Source: Azolla caroliniana
Taxonomy: Eukaryota > Plantae > Polypodiophyta
Direction of reading: 5' to 3'
Length of the DNA: 64,000 bases
NCBI GenBank assembly: GCA_043228905.1
Contig: JBHGNT010000014.1
Span: 10,850,001 to 10,914,000, forward strand
Shown here: piece after piece, positions 50,351 to 60,671 of the stretch
Position numbering within the stretch: position 1 is the first letter of the stretch
How the letters are laid out: each line of letters opens with the position of its first letter
Position numbers and translations under genes: made by a program
Notes under the pieces: model-generated
Database searches by the model: none
What the model was told of the DNA's origin: nothing
The model's input: the letters and a program-made list of their open reading frames with translations, nothing else

Positions 50351-53300
50351 GTCCAGCCAAAATAGGAGCCATTTGGTTGGACAGCAGCCCTAGATCTATA
50401 CAGCCCATTAGTGGTTCCATTCCTTCCAAGCAAGTTAGCAATGTGTTCCTAGCCCAAGTCATTGTTAGTACTAAAAGTACTCCCCCAGTACCCGTCCTAG
50501 CACTTTTAGATTCCGGAGCTAATTCCTGTTTCATGGATCGAAATTTTGCCCAAGCTTCTCAGATATCCTTAAGAAAACTTCCTTGTCCCGCATCTTCGTC
50601 CCATTGCTTCCGGGAATATTGTAGAAGAATCAGAACCCATTCAAGTTGTCCTAGGTAGTTTTGTGTGTATAATATCATTTAATATAATTAGTAGTCCAGA
50701 GCATCCTATTGTCCTAGGATTACCTTGGCTTGAATTACATAATCCAGCCATAGATTGGAGAACAAGAGAAGTCCGATATCGACCACCCCAAGAATCAACT
50801 CACCGAGTTTCGACCATTTCACTCCATCAACTACGCGAAGAAGGACCAAAGGAGGCAATGTTCCTATTTGCCATATCAGTACATCCTTCTAGCACTATTA
50901 AGAAGGACTCCTCAATACAACTTCCGGCAAAATATCATCCTTATGCCGATGTATTTGACAAGGTAAAAGCCGGTACCCTTCCTCATCACCGTCCCTATGA
51001 CTGTCCCATCGATTTACAACCAGGAACCGAGCCACCATGGGGACCAATTTACAACTTGTCACCCACCAAGTTAGAAGTCCTTCGAGCCTACATAGAGGAG
51101 AACTTGGCAAGCGGGTTCATCCGTCATTCGAAATCTCCGGCCGGTGCACCCATCTTCTTTGTCAAGAAGAAAGATGGCTCACTTCGTCTTGTCGTTGATT
51201 ACCGCGGATTGAATAAAGTCACCATCCGGAATAGGTATGCACTTCCTCTTATATCAAGTCTTTTAGAGCGAGTTAATGGTGCCAAGTTTTTTACTAAAAT
51301 CGACCTACGAGGAGCGTATAATCTCGTGCGGATCCGACCGGGAGATGAGTGGAAGACCGCTTTTCGCACACGGTATGGGCATTTCGAATATACTGTTATG
51401 CCGTTTGGCCTAACCAATGCACCCGCAGTCTTCCAACACATGGCAAATGATATATTCAGAGACCTCTTGGATATCTGTTTGATCATTTATCTGGATGATC
51501 TGTTGATTTATTCGAAGACCCAGGAAGAGCACGATTCTCATGTACTATTAGTACTAAAGCGACTCCGCGAGAATGGTCTTTATGCCAAGCTAGAGAAATG
51601 TAGCTTTGACTGCAAGCAAGTGGAATTTCTAGGCTACGTCATCTCCTCAAAGGGCATCGCCATGGATCCAGCTAAAATCCAAACTGTACTAGAGTGGCAA
51701 AATCCACGGTCGGTACGAGATGTACAATGTTTTCTAGGCTTTGCTAACTTCTACCGTAAGTTTATACAAGATTACTCGAAGATTATTTTACCTCTCACAC
51801 AACTTACGAAGAAGGGCCAAGCATTTCTTTGGTCCATCGAAGCAGATATGGCTTTTCGGCATCTTAAGAAAGCCTTTACATCAGCACCGATTCTAGCTCA
51901 TGTGGATACAAGCAAACCATTCATCATGGAGGCCGACGCATCAGATTTCGCCCTCGGTAGCATCCTTTCTCAACAAGGCGATAAAGAAGAGTTGCATCCG
52001 GTGGCTTTCCATTCGCGCAAATTCAAGGTTGCAGAAATCAACTACGAAATACATGACAAGGAGTTATTAGCCATCGTGGATTCATTTGTACAATGGCGGC
52101 ATTTCTTAGAGGGCTCTCCACATCAGGTCATTGTCTTTAGCGATCATAAAAATCTTGCTTATTTTCAGAACGCTCGCGTACTAAATCGACGGCAAGCTCG
52201 GTGGGCGCAATTCCTCACGCGTTTCAACTTCGAAATCACATATCGACCGGGGAAGCAGCAAGGAAAAGCAGATGCACTATCACGGCGTTCATATCTTGCA
52301 CCTCGTCCTGGTGACGCAACATTTGATAATCAAAAGCAAGTAATCTTGGGACCAACACGATTGCACACAACGCGGATTTTTCACACCCCGATGGATTCAC
52401 GGATTACCGATGACATACGTGCAACCTTGAAGACGGATAGTTTTGCTCAAGACATCCTGGCGCACATTGATACTTCTCGGGCATCCTGTTCTCAGTCTCA
52501 ACAACCAGGTATTGACTACCGACAATTCGAATATCATGATGGTTTGTTATTCTTTAAAAAGCGCGTATATGTCCCCGATTGCTCCTGTCGCCTTCAAATC
52601 GTCCAACATTGTCACGACACCCATACGGCGGGACATTTCGGTAGTACCAAGACGTTGGAGTTAGTGCAGCGATCTTTTTGGTGGCCCCACATGCGCCGTT
52701 TTGTCGACGACTATGTTCGGACCTGTGATGCTTGCTGCCGAGCAAAGATGCCACGACACCATCCATATGGCTTGTTGGAACCTTTACCAATTCCAAGTAA
52801 GCCATGGCAGTCTATTTGTCTTCATTTTATTACAGATCTGCCGGTCTCGAAGGGGTTCGATGTTATCCTAACCGTCGTCGATCGATATACGAAGATGGCA
52901 CATTTTGTGCCATGTACTAAAGCCATCACTAGCGAGGAAACCGTCGCTCTTGTTATGCGTGAGGTATTTCGGCATCATGGCCTACCAGACAGTATTATCA
53001 GTGACCGAGGCCCGCAATTTGTCTCCAAATTTTGGCAGCATCTCTTCAGGATGCTCAAGGTCTCCTGCAACCTCTCCTCCGGCTACCATCCTCAAACTGA
53101 CGGACAGGCGGAACGAACAAACCAAACGTTGGAGCAATATCTCCGGTGTTTCCTGAGTTATCAACAGGACGATTGGGCCGAGATTCTCCACTTTGCGGAG
53201 TTTGCGTATAATAATGCTATTCACTCCTCGACTCGGGTTTCCCCATTTCTCGCTTATACCGGTTTCCATCCTCGCTGGTCGGTGATCGACACTCCAGAGC

Positions 53301-53902
53301 TACCTACCAACCCTCGTGCCGAGGACCATTTGGAGAGGCTACGCAAGATCCAGATGGATCTCTCTACTCACCTTCGTCATGCTCAACACACACAGAAGAC
53401 TTATGCGGATCGTCATCGGATTCCCTCCTCTTTTGCCATCGGAGATCGAGTATGGCTCTTACGTCGTCACATCAAGACTACTCGACCGTGCGACAAGTTG
53501 GATTATCGACGACTCGGTCCTTTCCGTATTACGGGGAAGATTAATGATGTCACCTTCCGCCTGGATCTCCCTCCGCAGCTTCAGATACATCCGGTTTTCC
53601 ATTGTTCTCTTCTTGAACCTTATAAAGCAAACACCATTCCTGAACGTGTGACACCACCGCCGCCCCCGCTGGAGTTGGACGCCGGCCTGGAGTATGAAGT
53701 TGCTGCCATCCTCGATTCCAAACTTATTCGCAACAAACTTTATTACTTGGTCGATTGGCTCGGTTATAGTCCGAGCGAACGTACTTGGGAACCCGTCGAG
53801 AATGTTGCCAATGCACAAGATCTTCTTGCTGATTTCCACCGAAAGTATCCGGACAAACCCGGTCCGCAATTAGCGCCGACTCGTTCCACTCGTCGTCTTT
53901 AA
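50347..53902 (+). CDS. pol: Chromovirus Pol: protease (frameshifted near 50600), RT, RNase H, integrase, chromodomain
   Basis: LLDSGA; YLDD; EADASD / ELLAI / SDH; HHCC; GPF motif; C-terminal YEVAAILD...YLVDWLGY...TWEP. The 1079-aa frame 50663-53902 is open. Confidence 0.95.
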
Positions 53903-54354
53903 GGGGGAGATAGTGTCATGGCAAGACTCGAACCCATGACTTTATGCTACATGGGTCGAGCTCTTACCATTAGATTATGAATTGTATTTTGTAGGATATT
54001 ATTTTCATTTATACTTTATCATAGAAAATTGATGTATATTCCAGATCTCTCTGGAACATTCTAGAAGCTTCAGGATTATTCCTAAAAACACTATAAAAGG
54101 AGGCACAAGGCATTGTTTTGAACCAAATTGGTTCAACGCCAGTCTTAAGCCTCTTAGCCGCTTGTACTTATCTTTTCACATAATATATAGCTGCTGTCAT
54201 CATCTCTCTCTCTCTCTCATTCTCGCTATCTCTCTCTCTCTCTCCTCTTCTCACTTCCTCTCTCGGGAATCTTACGCAGTCCCGTCCTCTTAGTACTAAT
54301 AGTACTGTTGTTCTTAGTACTAATTCCATCTCTGTTTTAGTACTATTCCTGACA

Positions 54355-56245
54355 GCTAATTAGCTATTACCATAGTTTAGTACAATACCTACTTAGCTAA
54401 GTGGTAGGTAATTAGCTACTACCATAGCTTAGTACAGTAGCTAATTGGCTAAGTGGTAGCTAATTAGTTACTACCAAACTTTAGTTCAGTAGCTAATTAG
54501 CTAAGTGGTAGCTAATTAGTTACTACCATAGTTTAATACATTAGCTCAGTGGTAGCTAAATAGTTTAGTACAACAACTTATTAGCTACTACCATAATTTA
54601 GTATAATAGCTAATTAGCTAAGTGGTAGCTAATTAGCTACTACCATAGTTTAATACAGTAGCTAATTAGCTACTACCATAGTTTAGTGTTGTAGCTAATT
54701 AGCTACTACCATAGTGTAGTACAATAGCTAATTAGCTAAGTGGTAGCTAATTAGCGACTACCATAGTTTAGTACAATAGCTAATTAGCTACCACTTAGCT
54801 AATTAGCTACTACCATAATTTAGTTGAGTAGGTAAATAGCTAAGTGGTGGCTAATTAGCTACTACCATAATTTAGTACAGTAGCTAATTAGCTAAGTGGT
54901 AGCTTAATTAGCTACTATACTACCATACTTTAGTATATTGCTAATTAGGTAAGTGGTAGGTAATTAGCTACTACCATACTTTAGTTATAGTGGCTAATTA
55001 GCTAGTACGATACTTTAGCTGAGTCACTAATTAGCTAACTAGTAGCTAATTAGCTACTACCATACTTCAGCTGAGTAGCTAATTAGGTACTACCATAATT
55101 TAGATGAGTAGCTAATTAGGTACTACCATACTTTAGATGAGTAGCTAATAGGTACTACCATACTTGACCTGAGTAGCTAATTAGCTACCACTTAGCTAAT
55201 TAGCTACTAGCATAGTTTAGTATAATAGCTAAATAGTTAAGTGGTAGCTAATTAGCTACTACCATACTTTAGTTATAGTGGCTAATTAGCTACTACCACT
55301 TAGCTAATTAGCTACTACCATAGTTTAGTACAATAGCTAATTAGCTAACTGGTAACTAAATAGCTACTACCATACTTCAGCTGAGTAGTTAATTAGTTAA
55401 GTGGTAGATAATTAGTTATTACCATACTTTAGCTGAGTAGCTAATTAGCTAAGTGGAAGGTAATTAGCTACTACCATACTTTAGTTATAGTGGCTAATTA
55501 GCTACTACCACTTAGCTAATTAGCTACTACCATAGTTTAGTACAATAGCTAATTAGCTAACTAGTAACTAAATAGCTACTACCATACTTCAGCTGAGTAG
55601 CTAATTAGTTAAGTGGTAGATAATTAGTTATTACCATACTTTAGCTGAGTAGCTAATTAGCTAAGTGGAACGTAATTAGCTACTACCATACTTTAGTTAT
55701 AGTGGCTAATTAGCTACTACCAAACTTTAGTTGAGTCGTTAATTAGCTAATTGGTAGCTAATTAGCTACTACCATACTTCAGCTGAGTAGCTAATTAGCT
55801 AACTGGTAGCTAATTAGCTACTACCATACTTTAGCTGAGTAGCTAATAAGCTAAGTGGTAGCTAATTAGCTACTTCCATAGTTTAATACAGTAGCTCATT
55901 AGCTCAATGGTAGTTAATTAGCTACTACCATAGTTTAGTATAGTAGCTATTCCAGTAGGGGATTAGCAATTCTGGTATCTAATTAGCTATAGTCATAAGC
56001 AGCTAATTAGCTACTATGGTAGCTAATTAGCTATTGTTCTAGGAAACTAATTAGGTATTGTGGTAGCTAAATAGCTATGAATGGTAGTTAATTAGTTATT
56101 CTAGTAGCTAAATAGCTATGTTCAATATACTTAGGGAGCTAATTAGCTATTTTGGTACCTAATTATCTATGGTCATATTTTGAGGTAGGTAATTAGCTAT
56201 TCGGGTATGGTCATATTCAGAGTTAGCTAATAAGCTAACTAACTA
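54355..56245. repeat. Satellite built on the 14-bp palindrome TAGCTAATTAGCTA, with 19- and 33-bp subunits and a 212-bp higher-order period
   Basis: Dozens of palindrome copies alternating with ctaccatagtttagtacag and agtgg spacers; the block at 55261 recurs at 55473 and 55685. Confidence 0.95.
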
Positions 56246-57122
56246 ATCTGAAAAGTCAAAACAAATGTTGAGATAAATGTAAATACCTAAGGTACATCAA
56301 GAAGATGATTGGGATGCTCCTCGTATTGACTAATTCCAACACGTTTCTTGCATAAATCCTTCTTATTGGGTGAAACCCTACTCTCATTAGTCCAAAATAT
56401 TGTGATTATATCCTTGATTTATGATGTTATGGGTGTCATTGGCTTACATCTTTTTGCTAGCTTTAGCAAACTAGTTCCTTCACCCGAGGAAACTATCTGG
56501 TTCAATGTATTGTACACACTTTTTCTACTAACACCAATTACCTTAGATAGCACACTGATGTTAACATCGTCAACATCACTATTAAGTAACATCATTAGAC
56601 TAGAAATTTTTAAGACAAGATCATCTTCAGACCTGCTCATGGATACGAAACTATTACGGAGATTATTTACTAGTACAAATGTTATGTTTGCATTAAGACC
56701 ATCACAATCAACTAACTCCTTTATCGATGCATCATTTAATATTCCATAAAGTACTACCTTCTTTTCTTCATTTCTGATGTGCTTGGTTTGAACATTGAAA
56801 TAGTCTACAACCTTTCTCTCTATGATAGTAATCTCATTACTTCCATTCTCAATGATATTTAGACCTATATCCCAACCAATACTATCTTTACCTTTAGTGA
56901 GTGTGGCTTTCGTATCCTTCAACAATTGACGATGTTTTCTTCTTTTTTTCTGCCCAATACTTTCGTATTGCTTGTTGTGTCCTGATAGCGTCATCCCTAT
57001 CTTGATGATCATTCAGGGGTAATTCTAAACACCCTCCTTCCCCTTCCATTTGGCTTGACGGGTGCTACTGATTAGGAACACAGTCTACGGGCAGTCCTTC
57101 AACCTAGACCTCAAAGCGACTG

Positions 57123-57531
57123 TGTTGCAATGAATGGTATCGTCGCAGTGTAATAGTTAGTGGGATACCTCCCGTATCCTAGTAGCGTATAAGGGAGTCG
57201 GCTACAACCGAACTCCTTAGATCGTGGACTAGCAACCGCATTGTTACTCACACCTACGCTCTTATGACTACGCTACGCCACCAAGAATCACAGACACACA
57301 GTAGATTAACCATAGATACGCACAGGGATCAGAGAAGATAGAACTCTATTAAGATACGCCTTTTACATTATAAATTACACGCTACGTCTATCACAGGTTT
57401 TCTGCCCTTTATATACGCATGTTCTTTTAGCTGTTCATGCTTCCCGCGCGAACCGTTTACATGAGTTACAATATTACTATATTCTATATTTCTGCACTCT
57501 TGTTCGTAGGTTGCTATTCCGGCGGACAACA
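57123..57531. repeat. LTR-like sequence of unknown element A (left edge tentative)
   Basis: TGTTG...CAACA ends; minus-strand TATATAAAGGG at ~57405-57415; followed after 2 nt by tggcacgcccgtggga (57534-57549). Confidence 0.6.
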
Positions 57532-57578
57532 CCTGGCACGCCCGTGGGATAGGTCCATGGCACATCAGACCCACCCCT

Positions 57579-60060
57579 TTAATCTTCCTCCAAAATGGCC
57601 CTGATGTTTGGTTCTGCTCTGGTGTCTGGGTTCGGGGACGGCGTAGGGCCTGTAGGCGCATCGTTTTGTGGTTACCGTGTTTGCTTGGGAGGGCTTCCTA
57701 TGGTGTCACTAGCTTCCTGTGTGGACGGTCCGGGTTCTGCTGGCTCTTCTTCTGATATTGTGGTTGGTTCAGCCGTCAGCGAGCTTGCGGTAGGTCGCGG
57801 TTCTGTTTCGTCCGTAACTTCCTCCATGATGTCGGTCGTAGTCGTACGCTTCGGTGAGTGGGGTTGGGGTTCCCCTTGGTTCAGAACGTCCTCCGTGATG
57901 TCGGCCATAGTCGTACGCTCCGGTGGTTGGGGTTCCTCTTGGTTGGCGGTTTCACTTTCTGGTATTGCGGGGGGCTCCACTTGCCGTTCCATGCTGTTCA
58001 CCGTAGTGGTAATTTCCGGTGACATGGGCTGAGGTTCCTCTTGTTCGGTAGTATCCGGAATTGGTATCGTGATGGATTGTTCACGTGCTGCGGGCTTGCA
58101 TGATCTGGTGAAACAGGTCCTCCTGACTTTTGCCAAAATCATTTAGTAGCTACGCGAGTTCCTCAGAATGTTGGTCCGCTAGCGTGCGATAGTCCTGCAC
58201 TAGGTCCTCGCGTACTGCCACAATGCTTTCCTCATTGAGTTTGTAGAACCCTCGGTCGTCTTTCCTTCAGTTCTCCCAGTCCGCCCAATATGTATGCAAT
58301 TCCACCGCTTGTGCGGCCCACGCCATCCATCCTTTGTCTAGCGTCGATTTTAATTGCACCGTAAACCTCTTCCGATTCGTTTGCAGAAGTATGTGCACGT
58401 TGTCCGTTATTGCTTGGCAACGGTTGCATGCTTCTTCTACGGATTTCTTGAGGTTTTCAATTTCTTGTTTACTAACCGCTGCCGCTTCCTCATAAGTGCT
58501 CCTCCTTCCTGCCCAGAGCTGAGATTCCTTGGAATGTAGTTCTTCCAGCTTTCCCATTTCATTGTTTAGGCGGATTTCTAGCTGATGCCTCCTCTCTTGT
58601 TCTCCACCCAGTTGCTCGTCGAACCATGCTCATCGGTGGTGTTGGCCATTGGTTGAGCTGCCTGTTGCGTTGTAGTCATGTTACACTCTAACTCCGCGAT
58701 GCATGCGTTGGCCTTTTGTAGCTCGGCTTGGGTCAGTTTGACAGTCTTCCAGACATTTTAATTTTTAATCGCCATATCCTTGGCGCCCATACTGACCTTC
58801 GCTAGTTCCCGATGAACTTTGACAAGGGCCGCGTTTAATGGAGGTAGTTACATCCCCATTCGGCGTATACCGGCGTTCCTTTGTTTGCCGACTTTGGCTA
58901 ACTGATCCTCATCGTTGCTTTCTGCCGTTTGTGTTAGCGAGCGCTCGATCATCTAGTGCTCCGCGTGCTCCTCAGCCATTTGTTGTGAGACTTTTATTTG
59001 TTGCATTGCCAAAAATTCCATGAGTTCAAAAGTGGTTGCGAACTGCAATAGTGTGCCGAACTCATGGGCCATGTCCGGAATGTCCGGATATGCCAGGACC
59101 TCACTTTCCGCCGTAAATACGCCTTTCCCCCGTTGTGACTGGGCCATAATGATCGGTCGTGGTTCCTGGATTATTTCGAAGGTGGTGTTGGGCTCCGTAG
59201 CTACAGAGCTATCGACCACGGTTGTCGTCTCTGTGGCCGCAAGTGTGTCTTTAACTAACCCGCACCCATCTTTCCTGTCCAGTCTCTGCCGTTTCGGCCT
59301 CGGGCTTTCCTATCGTGGTTCGGCTTCCAGCTCCTGTGACGCTTCCTCGATGCACTCAGCCTGCTCTTCCTGTGTTGTTCGCGTGTTCGGCTGCGCAGGT
59401 TGGGGTTCATCCTCCCACTCTGTGGTGGCTAACTCCACTAACCTTCACATCGTGGATCTTGGCAACGGTGTGTGTTTGCTGGGCTGCAGTGCCGACAGAC
59501 CTTGGGGTGGGAATAGTATCGTCAAATACTGTTGTATGATAGGGCATGAGCTTTTTACCTCCTTGATACGCGTGCAGGCCTTCCCATAACACCGGCCCAG
59601 TAATGACCCCCCAATCAACCGTACGCCCTTCAAAGGTATCAATGATGATACCTGGCTTCTGCTTGGGCATCCCATATGCGTTTCCATGTACACATCCAAC
59701 CTGCAATAGGAACTTGGCGATTTCGCGGAAAAAGGGGTTTGGGATCTCCTTCGTTCTATATGCCTTGGCGGATGACGAATATGGACTGAAATATCTCTAC
59801 AAAGATTCCGCAAGAGGGATTTCGAAGTGCCTTTCACCCATTGATGATAGGCCCAGCTTTTTCCGGATGGATGAGTTGGTGACCGTGTCCATGTTAAGCT
59901 TCCTAGCGATGTCCAGTGCGTTAGGGTGCGGAGGTGCCACGGCAACTCTGATGTACCCATCCAAGAATTTCTCCACAAGCCATCGACGCAAGGCGGCAGA
60001 GATGGGTATCAGCATAGTCGGAATAGGCTCGTGGCTAATCGGTGAGGATTGATGGCTATG
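57579..60060 (-). pseudogene. Unknown accessory ORF of element A (N-terminal globular domain, coiled coil, Pro/Glu/Thr repeats), decayed
   Basis: Fragments 59797-60186, 59407-59706, 58953-59219, 58267-58557, 57672-58142; homologous to 60672-63620; last codons ILEED*. Confidence 0.65.
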
Positions 60061-60259
60061 GCGAACTTGGGCTCTGTGATAGGATGACGAAGAGGGTGAG
60101 GAAGGGGAGCGATGAGATTTAGAAGGTGGGTTTCTATATTGTGCAAAAAACCTTCTATTTCCTTCTTTTTGTGGCCTAGGGTTCATTGGTCAGTGAGCCA
60201 TTGTGGTGCCGCGTGTTCTTATCCTAGAAGTTTTTGCATGCCTTAAGTCCTTTTAATAG

Positions 60260-60621
60260 TGTTGTCTGCCTGGCCGGACTAGCCTCAACACAGGTGTCTA
60301 TACGACACTTCTCCAAAGGGGTGGTAAGGATTGGATGCTAGGTTACACGCGTAAGATGATTACAATTAAGCACAGACGGTAAACAATACGAAGATACAGA
60401 TAAACACGCAATAATTACTTTTGTATTACTTCCGTCAAAGCCTTTTACAAATCATTGGATCCTTTTATAGGCATCCGGCAAGGTTACAATCGGTGCGCTT
60501 AGGCAACCGACATCCGAATCGGTCTGGATCCCTCCGAATAATAATTCTACTATTATTTACTTCCTATTATCCGATCCGACTCCGCCTTCCCACTTGTCCT
60601 TGCTCTTCTGTCCGGCCAACA
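60260..60621. repeat. LTR-like sequence of unknown element B
   Basis: TGTTG...CAACA ends; minus-strand CTATAAAAGG at ~60460-60469; followed after 2 nt by tggcacgcccgtggga (60624-60639). Confidence 0.65.
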
Positions 60622-60671
60622 CATGGCACGCCCGTGGGAAAGTGCCTTGCACTTCGAATCCACTCTCGGCC

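Larger units (their letters stand above)
48704..54354 (+). mobile_element. Very young Tcn1/Tf1-like chromovirus (Ty3/gypsy)
   Basis: LTRs 48704-49142 and 53914-54354 appear identical except one CT unit; TSD GCTAA; PPT aagggggagatag; self-complementary PBS; gag-PR-RT-RH-INT-chromodomain. Confidence 0.97.
46725..57122 (-). pseudogene. Sola2-like DDD DNA transposase, two exons visible (57122-56287 and 48547-46725), decayed
   Basis: Motifs FW..ESRVSPNKKD / TCCCIYH / VDFVENY..QNEIQSMHW / SDDKKHD / WSNG..SQFK / WNFFGSGHGKGEHDG; an in-frame GT-AG intron (56286-48548) joins the two parts. Superfamily assigned from remembered motifs; TIRs not found. Confidence 0.7.

Noticed and set aside
54355-56245. 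CRISPR array
   Set aside because: Spacers are themselves repeated and short, there are no cas genes, and the context is eukaryotic.
56348-56749. Plus-strand 133-aa membrane-like ORF
   Set aside because: Antisense to the transposase exon, which has the recognisable motifs.
57568-57592. Purine tract ggaggaagattaaaggggtggg as the PPT of element A
   Set aside because: It lies over 35 nt from the LTR edge, overlaps the ORF's last codons and is only partly shared with element B; not fully excluded.
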